A stretch of 60,629 nucleotides of DNA from Methanobacteriaceae archaeon (GCA_030539615.1 JAUNXU010000001.1:1-60629), one strand, 5' to 3'; numbered from the stretch's first letter, positions 1-11,217 are shown. Notes: generated from the sequence alone by a model not told the origin. Numbers and translations are program-made.

Positions 1-60
1 TACGGAGAAACAAAAAACAACCAAGAAACAAGAACACAAACAACACTAACAATAACCTAA
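1..60 (+). CDS. 3' end of an adhesin-like protein (partial)
   Basis: Frame 1 reads YGETKNNQETRTQTTLTIT-stop; AC-rich, resembles Ig-like C-termini of Methanosphaera adhesins; followed by a hairpin and T-tract. Confidence 0.55.
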   Translation, partial: YGETKNNQETRTQTTLTIT

Positions 61-286
61 AAAAAAGAGAAACTTTCACTTTTTCTATTTTATTTTTTTT
101 TATAAATTCTACTGATAGAACATATTAACTAAATATAATAAGATAATTGTTATTTATCTACCTAAAAAATAGTTTTAAATTTTAATGGGTGGATATAATA
201 GTTACTTAATTGTAGTTTTTTTTTGATTGATAATAAGTATTCAGTATTTAACTATAAAAAAATAATTTTAAAAAAAAAATAATTAA

Positions 287-901
287 TTAATTTTTTGCAT
301 TTGATATTTTTATTATTGAATAAATAGGTAATAATAAATAAAGTAAAACACCCCATCCATTAAAAATATAACCTAAGATACTAGCTAAAATGGTTATTAT
401 AATCATCATACTAAGAGATCTATAAACAGCTTTCTTAGATTTTTTAATTGATTCTTCTAACATATTATTATCCCAGGCATAATGAAATATTCCTAAAAAT
501 AATAATACTGATATTAATACTGTGCCTCCAAATATTAGGTCTGCAGCAAAAAATTGACTTGATACACTAATTAAAGAAGTTGTAAATGGCATTAATACAA
601 TAAATATTAACCAAATAATATTAAACCATAAAAATAAAATATCAATATATTTTACTCTTAAATAAACATGGTGATAAATCCAAAAAGTACTTAAAATGAT
701 AAAACTTGCAGCATAAGTAATTATTTGTGGTATTAAATTAATTAAAAAATGATTTAATGCTAAATATGAAGTAAATTGGGCTGTTTCAGGAATTTCTAAA
801 TTTAATATTAATAATGTTATTGCTATAGCAAATATCCCATCGGTAAGAGCCATCAAACGATCTGGTTCTAAATCAATAATTTTAGCATAATGTTTAAACA
901 T
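287..901 (-). CDS. TMEM175 (DUF1211) family K+ channel-like protein
   Basis: RLMALTDGIFAIAITLL and FWIYHH motifs; about 6 TM segments. Confidence 0.85.
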   Translation of the reverse strand: MFKHYAKIIDLEPDRLMALTDGIFAIAITLLILNLEIPETAQFTSYLALNHFLINLIPQIITYAASFIILSTFWIYHHVYLRVKYIDILFLWFNIIWLIFIVLMPFTTSLISVSSQFFAADLIFGGTVLISVLLFLGIFHYAWDNNMLEESIKKSKKAVYRSLSMMIIITILASILGYIFNGWGVLLYLLLPIYSIIKISNAKN

Positions 902-1080
902 TCAATTTTCACCTTATTTTCATTAATTTTAGTTATTTTCTTTAATATAATATTTAAATTTTAAAATATATGAAATTAATGATTTTTTTTGGAATATGTT
1001 TAAAAAAATGGATTAAAAACTATTTTTTAATATTAATTAGATAAATTTATTTAATATTATTCTTTAATGAATATATGAAT

Positions 1081-1992
1081 TTAATATAGTTCTTCTTTTA
1101 ATATTTTATTTAATTGCTTTTTTATGTCTTCTTTTGTTTTATTTAAAATGCCATTGGTTTCTAGTTTGTATGTTGCTGTTATTGCTGCAAATAATCCACA
1201 TATGTATGGATCTTTAGTGTATTGTTTTTTATAGATGTATGCTGCCATGTATGTATCACCTAGTCCTGTTGGATTTTGTGGATTTTTTGTAGGTATTGAA
1301 GGTATGTTTATTTGTTTTGTTTTTGTATGTATTTCTGATCCTTTTTTTGCTTTTGTTATTATGATTTCTTTTAGATTATTTTTGTTTATGATTTCTTTTA
1401 TTGTGTCATGTTTTATATCAGGTATATTTAATGCTATTTTTATTTCATTTTCATCTAAAAATAGTATATCTGTATATTTTAAGTATTTTTCATAGTTTTT
1501 CCATGGTATTTTTTTTACTTGATTTTGTTTGTTTATATTTCTTATATATCCTTGTGCTCCAAGTATTGTGGTTATATCATGTTTTTTAATGTATTTTATT
1601 GTTTCTATTGGTATATCATATGGTGTTAATGGGGATAGTAATGCAGTATCATAATTTGTTAAGTTTATTTTTGTTTCTTTTATTTTTTCTACTGTTATTG
1701 GATTTTTTGTTAGGTTAGTTTTTTGTGTTCGTGTATTATTGGTGTATGTGTTTATAAATTTTAATGTTTCTGGTGTATTTATTTGTTTTATGTCTGTTGT
1801 TTTTGGAAGTTTTTCTAGTAATTTTTGATTTTTTTTATTTAGTGTTATTATTGCTGTTGTTGGTTTTTGTAATTGTGTTAGTGTTTGTGTTTGGTAGTAT
1901 ATTGCTCCTCCGATTTGTTTTTCTTTTTTATTGTTTATTATGTTAATGTCTTTTGTAATTGGTCCTATGCATAATATTTTTTTAGTTGTCAT
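1081..1992 (-). CDS. PfkB-family carbohydrate kinase
   Basis: IGPITKD N-terminus, GGAIYY, PTGLGDTY anion-hole signature. Confidence 0.85.
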   Translation of the reverse strand: MTTKKILCIGPITKDINIINNKKEKQIGGAIYYQTQTLTQLQKPTTAIITLNKKNQKLLEKLPKTTDIKQINTPETLKFINTYTNNTRTQKTNLTKNPITVEKIKETKINLTNYDTALLSPLTPYDIPIETIKYIKKHDITTILGAQGYIRNINKQNQVKKIPWKNYEKYLKYTDILFLDENEIKIALNIPDIKHDTIKEIINKNNLKEIIITKAKKGSEIHTKTKQINIPSIPTKNPQNPTGLGDTYMAAYIYKKQYTKDPYICGLFAAITATYKLETNGILNKTKEDIKKQLNKILKEELY

Positions 1993-2000
1993 GTTTAATC

Positions 2001-2678
2001 TTATTTTTTTAAGTTTCCATTATGAAGGTCTGTTCCTATTAGATAATTTTTTATATTTTTTTCTTTAAGTTGTTGTATTTGTTTATTTGTCATGCCTCCA
2101 CCTAATATATGTGTTGTGTATGGTGTTTTATCTATTATTTTTTGTGTTATTTGATCTATTTTTGATTGTTGTTGTCCTACTTGTGTTATGTTTAGTATTA
2201 TTATTTTTTCTGGTTTTATCTGGTTTATTGTATCAATTATGGTTTTAAGTGTTATATCATTATTCTTTGTTAGGACTTCATTATTTTTAATATCTATACT
2301 AATAATTAGTCTTTTTTTGTCATGATTTTTAAATATTTTTATAAAGGTATCTGTAGACTCTATTGTTTCAGTAGCTAATATAGACCATGTACAATTTTTT
2401 AGTGATTTTTTTAGATCTTCAATATTTTTTATTCCATTATCTAACATAATAGGTAATATATTATTAAGTTTTTTTATTAATTTGCTATTATCACCAATAT
2501 TTTCAATCATATCAAGATCAGCAATATAAACACATTTAAAACCATCTTTTTTAAGATTTATAACAATTTCTTCAGGCAAATTACCATAAACACTTTCTAA
2601 TTTTTTATATGTATTTCTATTTCCAGATTTTCCAGATACACATGTATTATTTTTAATATCTAAAACAGGTATTATCAT
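2001..2678 (-). CDS. HisA/HisF-related TIM-barrel protein
   Basis: MIIPVLDIK...SGxRxxY, YIADLD, LGGG; usual tail gene of this superoperon. Confidence 0.85.
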   Translation of the reverse strand: MIIPVLDIKNNTCVSGKSGNRNTYKKLESVYGNLPEEIVINLKKDGFKCVYIADLDMIENIGDNSKLIKKLNNILPIMLDNGIKNIEDLKKSLKNCTWSILATETIESTDTFIKIFKNHDKKRLIISIDIKNNEVLTKNNDITLKTIIDTINQIKPEKIIILNITQVGQQQSKIDQITQKIIDKTPYTTHILGGGMTNKQIQQLKEKNIKNYLIGTDLHNGNLKK

Positions 2679-2765
2679 AAAATAAACTCCTAATTAATTT
2701 AAAAAATTTCTAATAAAAATAAGTATAAAATAAATTTAATGCTTTTTGGAGGAGAAATAATTTAA

Positions 2766-3029
2766 TTATAATATGGATTCAATATATTTATCAACTGCAT
2801 TTAAAGTAATATCTACAGCTTTACTTGCAATTTCATCAGATACTTCTACTTCTGCATCAATATTAATATCAACATCAACATCAATACCTTCATCAACTTT
2901 ATCAATAATTAAATTAATATCTAAATCATTAATATTCTTTTTAGGTACTTTATTTAATATATAGTTTGATGCATTAGAATAAGCAATTTCTGTTAATTTA
3001 TCAATTTCTTCTGTTGTTAATTCTCTCAT
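2766..3029 (-). CDS. DUF3194-like small archaeal protein
   Basis: 87 aa acidic protein directly downstream of prefoldin beta (conserved synteny). Confidence 0.65.
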   Translation of the reverse strand: MRELTTEEIDKLTEIAYSNASNYILNKVPKKNINDLDINLIIDKVDEGIDVDVDINIDAEVEVSDEIASKAVDITLNAVDKYIESIL

Positions 3030-3100
3030 GATATTATTAATACTCCTTTAATATAAATAAAATTAGGGGAAAGAATTTCTCCCTATTTAATTTTAATTAT

Positions 3101-3448
3101 TTACTGTTGAGTACTTCTCATAGCAAATTCAATAGTACTTTGTAAATCTTTTAATTTTTTAGTAATACGTTCTTCTTGTTTACCAACAGTTTTTTGTCTA
3201 ATTTCTAATGTTTCAATAGTTTCTTTTAATTCATCATTAGCATCTTTTTTTGTAGTTTTTATAAGTAATGATCCTGCAGTTTTATATACTTCATTATCAT
3301 CAGAAGATTTTGCTAATTCTTTTAAAGCTTTTTTACTTTCATTAAGTTGTGTTTCAACAGCTTGTTTTTGCATTGCTATAGCTTGAGCTTGTTGTTGTAA
3401 CTGTTGGAATTGATTTAATTGTTCTTGTACATTTTCTGGTATATCCAT
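3101..3448 (-). CDS. pfdB: Prefoldin beta subunit
   Basis: Q-rich coiled coil, VYKTAGSLLIK. Confidence 0.95.
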   Translation of the reverse strand: MDIPENVQEQLNQFQQLQQQAQAIAMQKQAVETQLNESKKALKELAKSSDDNEVYKTAGSLLIKTTKKDANDELKETIETLEIRQKTVGKQEERITKKLKDLQSTIEFAMRSTQQ

Positions 3449-3628
3449 TATTTCACCTATATAATTTTTTTTTAATTTTTTTTTATTTCTTGAATTTTCA
3501 TCTTTTTAAATTTAGTTAATTATAATCCTAAATAATTAATCTTAAAATCAAAAAATAAAGTAATAATAAACTGATCTTATCTAAAAGATTGAAATATATT
3601 ATAATTATTTATTTATTTGAACTCACTA

Positions 3629-3889
3629 TTATATTTTTAATATCTTTTCAGATAATTTTATCCAACGAACATAAGAATTTATTGATGCACGAAAAGAAGC
3701 CATATCTTTAGAAATAATATTAATGGATAAAATATTTTTTTCTAATTTTAAAATAGTTTTTGATCTATCTTTATTAGCATAACTAATTTCTGGTTTTATA
3801 GAATTATAAATGATTTTAGCATCATTTACAGAATCAAATTTTATATTAATATTAGTTCTAATTTCATTTAGAATATTATCCTCACACAT
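3629..3889 (-). CDS. pcc1: KEOPS complex subunit Pcc1
   Basis: IIYNSIKPE...FRASINSYVRW; start moved to ATG 3889, preceded by AGGAG. Confidence 0.9.
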   Translation of the reverse strand: MCEDNILNEIRTNINIKFDSVNDAKIIYNSIKPEISYANKDRSKTILKLEKNILSINIISKDMASFRASINSYVRWIKLSEKILKI

Positions 3890-3914
3890 AAAAAAATTAT
3901 CTCCTAAAATTAAA

Positions 3915-4427
3915 TTATAATAATTGTATTGTATTAGATATATTGACTTTATATCCTGAAACATAAATTTTAAAATCCATTAAAGTACCATCTTGTTCAA
4001 TAAATGAAATAGTAATTTTATCATTTACAGAATCAATACACATACAATTAGTTAAATTTTTAGTTTCATCTTCTTTTTTAATATCAAAAATCTCAGATAA
4101 ACAATCAAGATCAGATATACTATTTTTAAAACTTAAATCATCACGTTTAATTTTAACCCTATTTTTTGTATCAGGTAAATTAACAGAAATATTTAAACTT
4201 AAAATTGGATCATTATCACTAATATCAAAAATATCAATATGACTAGGATTTCCTCGAAGTTCAGAAACAATAATAATCTTAGTTACATCCATATTTTTAG
4301 CATGAATCATTAATTTATTCATACTAGTTTTTCCACGATTAATATATTCTATATTAAATATATGACGTAATATTTGAGAAAATCTACGAGTTTTTTGAGA
4401 AGGTTTTCTAGAAGTTGTAATTAACAT
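3915..4427 (-). CDS. Brix-domain (Imp4-like) ribosome biogenesis protein
   Basis: MLITTSRKPSQKTRRF, NRGK, ExRGNP. Confidence 0.9.
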   Translation of the reverse strand: MLITTSRKPSQKTRRFSQILRHIFNIEYINRGKTSMNKLMIHAKNMDVTKIIIVSELRGNPSHIDIFDISDNDPILSLNISVNLPDTKNRVKIKRDDLSFKNSISDLDCLSEIFDIKKEDETKNLTNCMCIDSVNDKITISFIEQDGTLMDFKIYVSGYKVNISNTIQLL

Positions 4428-4593
4428 AAAATTAACACTACCTGTTATAATTAATAATATTATAATATTTATAAAAAATAATTATTATTATTAACTAATA
4501 AAATCTATAAAAAATTGAATATAAAACAAGAATTAAAATTTATTAAAAAATAGGAATTTAAGAAAAAATAGAATATAAACAGTTATAAAACTG

Positions 4594-4725
4594 TTATCTT
4601 GCTTTTACAGTTCTCTTATTAGTAGGAACTTCTTTAAACAATATTCTATATCTGCATTTAGGACATTTGGATTCTGAATATTTTTGAATATCTACTGTTT
4701 GTCCACATTTAATGCATTTGTACAT
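4594..4725 (-). CDS. rpoP: RNA polymerase subunit P (Rpo12); absent from ORF track
   Basis: Hand translation [43 protein letters not shown] (43 aa, Zn ribbon), immediately after rpl37Ae. Confidence 0.95.
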   Translation of the reverse strand: MYKCIKCGQTVDIQKYSESKCPKCRYRILFKEVPTNKRTVKAR

Positions 4726-4727
4726 AC

Positions 4728-5000
4728 TTATTCTGCTCCACTCATTATACGTTTAATTGTACGTTTAGAGGTTTTACCCATTGGAGTAGCTGGAACATAT
4801 GCTCCACCTGTAAATACAACACCACATTTTCTGCATTTCCAAATACCTGCATGTGTTCTTTTAACAGCTGGTCTATCACATCTAGGACATACGTGTTTTT
4901 TACGCATATTGTCTTCTACTTCTTTCACACTTCTTTTAGCTTTTCTACCATATCGTGCTCCAAATCTTCCAGTTGATCCTACTTTACTAGTTTTTGCCAT
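4728..5000 (-). CDS. rpl37ae: Ribosomal protein eL43 (L37Ae)
   Basis: [26 protein letters not shown]; start at MAKT. Confidence 0.97.
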   Translation of the reverse strand: MAKTSKVGSTGRFGARYGRKAKRSVKEVEDNMRKKHVCPRCDRPAVKRTHAGIWKCRKCGVVFTGGAYVPATPMGKTSKRTIKRIMSGAE

Positions 5001-5395
5001 ATTTTCACCTTCCATTTATTTATTGTATAAAAAAATAAGAATTAAAATTCTATTATTATAACTAAAATTTATTATTATACTACTTTTAAGAAATAAAAAA
5101 TAAATAATCAAAAAACTATTTTTTCTATTTCAACTCATTTAAAAAAAATGATATAAAGAAGAAAACATTATTATTTTCATTCTTTTCCAAATAATAAATA
5201 AATATTATCTATGTTAAGACCTTTTATTAACTAAATTTTAAATAAAAAATGTTATTAAACATACATAATATTATAGCTTATTAATAGTTTATATTTAACT
5301 TAATATATAATATTATGCTAAAAAAATATTAATATTTATAATACTTTTTTTTAATTATAACTTATAACATATGAGTATTATTGATTTTATAAAAC

Positions 5396-6190
5396 TTATA
5401 ACTCTCTAATTATTGGAAATATTTCTTTAGATTTTTCATAAGCCATACTAATAGCCATTACTATTTCTTCAAATTTAAATGCATGATTTCCAGATTTTTG
5501 TAATGAACATAAACTTCCATCAGGACGTAAACTAACAGATAAACAAGTATCCATAATTTTTTCTTCATCACTTATAGGATCTAAAATTAATGAACCATTA
5601 ATCTTAGCAACAGTACAGGATAAACAAAGAGAATCTATTGGTAAATTAATAAGATTATCATTATCCATAATAATTTCATTATTTATAACAGTAATACTAG
5701 GCATTTTACTAGTAACTAAAGCAGTAACAGCTGCTAAACAAGCAGCATCTATTAAATTTCCATCTTGATTAAGAATATGTAAATCAATATTAATTTTCCA
5801 TACTTTTTCATTTTCAATAACACATAATTTATTTAAATCTATTAATGGTGCTTCACGAATAGTTCTATCAATAACTCTTGAAATTTCTATAGCAAATTTA
5901 TTTTGAGAACCATGTCCAAAAATATCTGTTGATGGTCTAAGCTCAGTATTTGTAATAAGAATTCCTTCATCAGGACTATTAGAAAATGGTGATGCAATTT
6001 GTAATTTAATTCCTGCAATAACTTTTGTATTTCCTATTGTTACAATTGAAGAACCATTAGTTTTTCCTAAATAATTAGTTTTAATAGTTACATCTCTAAA
6101 TTCTGTGAATTTTCTATTATCTATTCTTTTATTTTCTTTAATAATATCATAAATTTTATTTCTTGTTATTTCAGATACTACATTAACCAT
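5396..6190 (-). CDS. rrp42: Exosome component Rrp42
   Basis: RNase PH fold, RIDNR..EFR, DGNLIDA; follows rrp41. Confidence 0.92.
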   Translation of the reverse strand: MVNVVSEITRNKIYDIIKENKRIDNRKFTEFRDVTIKTNYLGKTNGSSIVTIGNTKVIAGIKLQIASPFSNSPDEGILITNTELRPSTDIFGHGSQNKFAIEISRVIDRTIREAPLIDLNKLCVIENEKVWKINIDLHILNQDGNLIDAACLAAVTALVTSKMPSITVINNEIIMDNDNLINLPIDSLCLSCTVAKINGSLILDPISDEEKIMDTCLSVSLRPDGSLCSLQKSGNHAFKFEEIVMAISMAYEKSKEIFPIIREL

Positions 6191-6903
6191 TATTCAATAC
6201 CACCATTATATTTTTTGATTAATAATTCACGTTGCATATCATTAATTATTTTACAACCTTTCATACCCAAATTCATTCCTCTGATAAATTCTTCATGAGT
6301 TAATTTACCATCCATTTGTAATAATGTTATATTTTTACTTCTTTGCATCATAGCTATTGGTAAATCTGCTTGTCCATTATTATCTTCATATTCTGATGGG
6401 TCTAAAATAATATGATCATCAATTTTTCCCACAGCACAAGCACTTATTAAATCTTTCATTGGAATTTCAGCATCAGCAAGAGCAAGACTAGCACCTACAA
6501 TTCCTAAGCAACGTGTTCCACCAGATGCTTCTAATACTTCTATAGATATATCAATTGATGATCTAGGATATTTTTCTAATAAAATACATGGTTTTAATGC
6601 TTCTGTTATTAATTTGCTTATTTCTGCAGCACGTCTATCATATCCAGATTTTTTGCGTTGTTTTACTGAAAATGGTGCCATATTATATTTACATCTTAAA
6701 ACAGCACCATAATTCTTTGAATATTTTTTTTGATGAATTTCTCGTGGTCCATATACTCCTACAATGATCTTATTACCACCACATTCAATATAAGCTGATC
6801 CATTTGCATTACTTAATACATCTATTTCCATACGTATATCTCGTAAGTCTTCAGGTGTTCGTTCATCTTCACGTATGTATTTTTCATTATTCATAATCAT
6901 CAT
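6190..6903 (-). CDS. rrp41: Exosome catalytic component Rrp41
   Basis: YGPRE, MAPFS, DRR, GGTRC, EDNNGQAD. Confidence 0.95.
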   Translation of the reverse strand: MMIMNNEKYIREDERTPEDLRDIRMEIDVLSNANGSAYIECGGNKIIVGVYGPREIHQKKYSKNYGAVLRCKYNMAPFSVKQRKKSGYDRRAAEISKLITEALKPCILLEKYPRSSIDISIEVLEASGGTRCLGIVGASLALADAEIPMKDLISACAVGKIDDHIILDPSEYEDNNGQADLPIAMMQRSKNITLLQMDGKLTHEEFIRGMNLGMKGCKIINDMQRELLIKKYNGGIE

Positions 6904-6914
6904 TTTCCGTTTTT

Positions 6915-7589
6915 TTACTCTTTTGTTAATTCTATTATTTTTTCTTGTATCTTGTTTACTCTAGATGGGGTACATGGTTTTTCATCAATAAAATTTATTA
7001 GATCTATAATAGCATTTTCTGAATCTTCAGAAGATCCATTAATCCATACAACACCATTTTTTCCTATGATTAAATCTGTATTAGAATAGTTTTGTATCAT
7101 ATTAGTTAAAGATAAATTTTCTTCAGTTAAGAAATATACTGTAGGTTGTTTAATATTTATTATATGTCCTTGATTAAATTTTCCAAGACCTTTATATTTA
7201 AGTGTTAATTTTACTCTGTTGATTTCATCTACATAATCAACACGTAATAATAAAATATCATCAACATTAATAATATTTTTTAAATTTTGTGTTTCTTTAC
7301 CAAATAATTCAGAACATGTTAAATAACCACTATATGTTGAATTAATATTAAGATACCATGATGAATAATTTATACTAGTAATTTGTCCAATAACTAAATC
7401 ACCATAATGTGGTTGATACTTATTCTTAAATGGTATGATGGTTATTTGGTTTTCATTGAAATTTGTAATTCCAACAATTTCAGAATAAATTTTATCTTCT
7501 TCAAGAAATGTTCCATCTCCACTTTTAAAATCTGAAGTACATAATAGATCCCCTGGAAGTACCATCTGTTTGTTGTTTACATACATCAT
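6915..7589 (-). CDS. rrp4: Exosome RNA-binding cap protein Rrp4
   Basis: VLPGD, GDLVIG (S1), GKNGVVWI (KH). Confidence 0.9.
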   Translation of the reverse strand: MMYVNNKQMVLPGDLLCTSDFKSGDGTFLEEDKIYSEIVGITNFNENQITIIPFKNKYQPHYGDLVIGQITSINYSSWYLNINSTYSGYLTCSELFGKETQNLKNIINVDDILLLRVDYVDEINRVKLTLKYKGLGKFNQGHIINIKQPTVYFLTEENLSLTNMIQNYSNTDLIIGKNGVVWINGSSEDSENAIIDLINFIDEKPCTPSRVNKIQEKIIELTKE

Positions 7590-7609
7590 GTTTATTCATT
7601 TTTACTCCT

Positions 7610-8305
7610 TTATTTTATTAATTTGGTTTCTACATCACCATGAGTTAATTCACTAAGTTTTGTATAGAAATTATCTTGTAATCCTCCAGGTATTTCAACA
7701 ATGCCAACCCAACTACCATCTTGTTGCCATTCTTCTTTTTCAAGTTTTCCAAATTCACTAACAGTACTATAAGCCTTTCCAGAAAATTCACCGGGAATTT
7801 TAATAGCTATTCTTACTTTTTCAATTCTAATTGGAATTTTTGTTAATATAGCTTTTACTGTTGGTTTTATTTGTTCTTCAACTGTTTTCATAGGGTCAAT
7901 ATGAACTTTTGCTTCATTCATAGCATTTTCTATTCTTTGAGGTGGGTGAGGTAATTTGGTTTGAGGATTTATTGATTCTCTAGCTATTGTTGAAATTACT
8001 AACCGAGTTTTTTCTTCTTGCATTTTTTTTCTTTGATTTGCAGTAATTTGTATTGTTCCTTTGTTAATAATTTTATCTGCAACTATTAATGGGTCGATTG
8101 TTTCAAATATTTTATTCATTAATTCTTCAGATGCTTTATCTCCTTTTTTAGAATCTTTGAATATTTCTTCAACAGCTAATACATCTTCTATATTTATATC
8201 TTCTTTTCTTTTATAATCTGCTGCAAGTTCAGGATCTACTAATATTTCAAAATGTTCTCCGTAAGTTTCTAATCTAGCAGTAACTGCATCATCAATATTA
8301 ACCAT
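7610..8305 (-). CDS. Ribosome maturation protein SBDS/Sdo1
   Basis: [31 protein letters not shown]. Confidence 0.95.
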   Translation of the reverse strand: MVNIDDAVTARLETYGEHFEILVDPELAADYKRKEDINIEDVLAVEEIFKDSKKGDKASEELMNKIFETIDPLIVADKIINKGTIQITANQRKKMQEEKTRLVISTIARESINPQTKLPHPPQRIENAMNEAKVHIDPMKTVEEQIKPTVKAILTKIPIRIEKVRIAIKIPGEFSGKAYSTVSEFGKLEKEEWQQDGSWVGIVEIPGGLQDNFYTKLSELTHGDVETKLIK

Positions 8306-8509
8306 ATTATATTCACCTTTTTAAATATTTTGTTTAGAATATTATTATTTTAAAATCTTTTTTTAAATATTATACATTAACTTTTATCAATATATTATTT
8401 ATATCTTTTTTAATTAATAATAATTATCTAATAGTTTTTATTTTTTATAATATTTTTCAAAAAAAGGTTAATAAATAAGGAGGTTATGTAATATTAATAA
8501 ATAAACTGT

Positions 8510-9304
8510 TTATTCTTCATCAGATTCTTTATCTGCATCTTCTTCAGATTTTTCTTCAGGTATTTCAATTTCTTCAGATTTTCTTTCAATAAGTTCTTCA
8601 ACTAATGGCTTTATTTCTTCTGAACTAAGTCTTCTGAATTTTCCTGTTTCTTTTTCTATAACTGCTATTTCAACACTTTTTTCAGTTGTTTTACCATCAG
8701 TTGCTTCATATAATCCATCTAATGCTAAATCAATTGCTTCTTTAAATGTTAATGTATCTTCATATTTTTTTTCAAAAATATCCATTGCTTTTTTTCTTCC
8801 AGATCCAATTGCAGTTGCTTTGTATTCAATTAAAGCTCCACTAGGGTCTGTTTCAAAAAGTCTACATTCATTATCAGAAATTCCACCTATGATAAGTGCT
8901 GATCCAAATGGTCTTACTCCTCCATGTTGAGTGTACATTTGTTTCATATCACATATTTTTTTAGAAAGTCCTTCTACTGATATAGGTTCATTGTATCGAA
9001 TTTTATTTACTTGTGCTTCATTTCTTGATTTATCAATTAATGATCTTGCATCAGCAACTAATCCAGAAGAAGCTGCTCCAATATGTTCATCTATTTGAAA
9101 TATTTTTTCTATTGAAGAAGGTTCAATTAATTTACTTGATACTTTTTTATCAACTACTATTATTATTCCTTCTTCAGATTTTACTCCAATTGATGTTGTT
9201 CCTCTTTTAACAGCTTCTCTTGCATATTCTATCTGAAATAATCTTCCATCTGGACTAAATACTGTAAGTGCTCTGTCGTATCCTGCGTTTGATATTGGTT
9301 GCAT
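8510..9304 (-). CDS. psmA: Proteasome alpha subunit
   Basis: GYDRALTVFSPDGRLFQIEYA signature. Confidence 0.98.
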   Translation of the reverse strand: MQPISNAGYDRALTVFSPDGRLFQIEYAREAVKRGTTSIGVKSEEGIIIVVDKKVSSKLIEPSSIEKIFQIDEHIGAASSGLVADARSLIDKSRNEAQVNKIRYNEPISVEGLSKKICDMKQMYTQHGGVRPFGSALIIGGISDNECRLFETDPSGALIEYKATAIGSGRKKAMDIFEKKYEDTLTFKEAIDLALDGLYEATDGKTTEKSVEIAVIEKETGKFRRLSSEEIKPLVEELIERKSEEIEIPEEKSEEDADKESDEE

Positions 9305-9513
9305 TGTATGTTTACCTCGTATTATTTTTTTTATTTAATTAATATGATTTGTTTTTTTATTCTTTTTATAAAAAAGGTTTATTTTTATATTTTTTTTCTT
9401 CTATTTTTTAATATAAAAAATAATCCTACTTAAATATGTATTAATAATATATTATATAATTCTATCCTTATTAATTTTTAAAAAGATAAATAATTTAATT
9501 AAAAATTAAACTA

Positions 9514-10872
9514 TTAAAAATTTTCTATTTCTTTTTTACAATTAGATATTACATTATCAATAAATTGTTGAGATGAACCTAAATAAGTATGAGGATCCAT
9601 AGTTTCCTTAATTTCATTTAAATCCATATATTTAAGAATTTCGTCTTGTTTACTAAGAATTTCTAATAATCCAGTATCTTCTTCATAAGCTTTCATAGAA
9701 CAATTTCTTACAAGAGCATAAGCACTTTGTCTACCCATACCTTTTTGAGTAAGTTTTGACATAAATCTTTCAGCCATTATAAGACCATTAGATAACATAA
9801 GATTTTTCTCAATTTGTTCTTCATGGAATTCTAATTTATTTAATAATTTAAGAGTTAAATTAAGAATATAATCAGTAAGTATGGATGATTCAGGTAATAT
9901 AATTCTTTCACAAGAAGAATTAGTTAAATCACGTTCATGCCATAATGGATTATTTTCTAATGCAGCAGAAACATATGATTTAATAACTCTAGATACACCA
10001 CATATACGTTCTCCAGTTATAGGATTTCTTTTATGAGGCATAGTGCTACTACCAACTTGTTTTTTAGCATCAAAATGTTCACCTACTTCCATAATCTCAG
10101 TACGTTGTAAATTTCTTATTTCTAATGCAATTTTTTCAAGAGTACTAGCAGTATTAGCTAAATTCATTATATATTCAGCATGATTATCTCTTTGAACTAT
10201 CTGATTTGATATACGAACAGGATTTAATCCAAGAATTTCAGAAACTTTCATATGAATAGAATATCCATCTGTTCCTAATGCAGCAGTAGTTCCAACAGCA
10301 CCAGTCATCATACCAACACAAACATGTTCTTTACATAACATTAATCTTTCATGTTGTCTTAACATTTCATCAGCATATATTGCAAATTTCATACCATATG
10401 TTGTTGGTAATGCATGTTGACCATGAGTTCTACCAATAGTAACAGTATTTTCATGTTCTTTAGCTAATTCAACTAATTTTTTCATTACTTTTATTATTTT
10501 GTCTTCTAATATATCAATAGAATCTTTTAATTGTAATGATTGAGAAGAATCAATAATATCATTACTAGTTGCACCATAATGAACATATTCACCAGCATTA
10601 TTATCACATTGTTCTTCTAATGCTTTCATAATAGCAGCTATATCATGATTAGTTTCCTGTTCAATTTGATTTACACGTTCTTGTTTAACATATTTTATAT
10701 TAGCTTTTTTACTAATTTCATTTGCAGCATCTTGAGGAATTAAACCAATTTCTGCTTCAGCAACTGCAAGAGCAGATTCAACATCTAACATTCTTTGTAA
10801 TTTGTTTTCTTGTTCCCATACGGATTTCATTTCTTTTGTACCGTATCTAAATTCTATAGGGTGTATCGCCAT
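9514..10872 (-). CDS. purB: Adenylosuccinate lyase
   Basis: GRTHGQHA, GSSTMPHKRNP, HERDLTNS. Confidence 0.97.
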   Translation of the reverse strand: MAIHPIEFRYGTKEMKSVWEQENKLQRMLDVESALAVAEAEIGLIPQDAANEISKKANIKYVKQERVNQIEQETNHDIAAIMKALEEQCDNNAGEYVHYGATSNDIIDSSQSLQLKDSIDILEDKIIKVMKKLVELAKEHENTVTIGRTHGQHALPTTYGMKFAIYADEMLRQHERLMLCKEHVCVGMMTGAVGTTAALGTDGYSIHMKVSEILGLNPVRISNQIVQRDNHAEYIMNLANTASTLEKIALEIRNLQRTEIMEVGEHFDAKKQVGSSTMPHKRNPITGERICGVSRVIKSYVSAALENNPLWHERDLTNSSCERIILPESSILTDYILNLTLKLLNKLEFHEEQIEKNLMLSNGLIMAERFMSKLTQKGMGRQSAYALVRNCSMKAYEEDTGLLEILSKQDEILKYMDLNEIKETMDPHTYLGSSQQFIDNVISNCKKEIENF

Positions 10873-11217
10873 ATTTAATCAATTCTTCCATTTTTTTTAT
10901 TTATTAATATTTATAATCATTAGTTAATCATAATTTTATAAAAAAAGTATATTCTTTTATATTAATAATATTTATATTGTTTTTTGTTTTTATAGATAAT
11001 CTATTTTATTTTTCTTTGACTATAAACAAAAATTAGAATTAAATTTTTTAATTGATAATATAATATATAATAACATTTAATATTTCAGCTTCTTTTAATG
11101 TAAATAAATTTATTCATAAAAGGTTGAATTTAAAAAATAAGATGATTAATTTTTAATAAATATTTGGGATATGAATAGTAATTTAATTAGAAATATTATT
11201 TTTTAGAGGAGAGTAAT

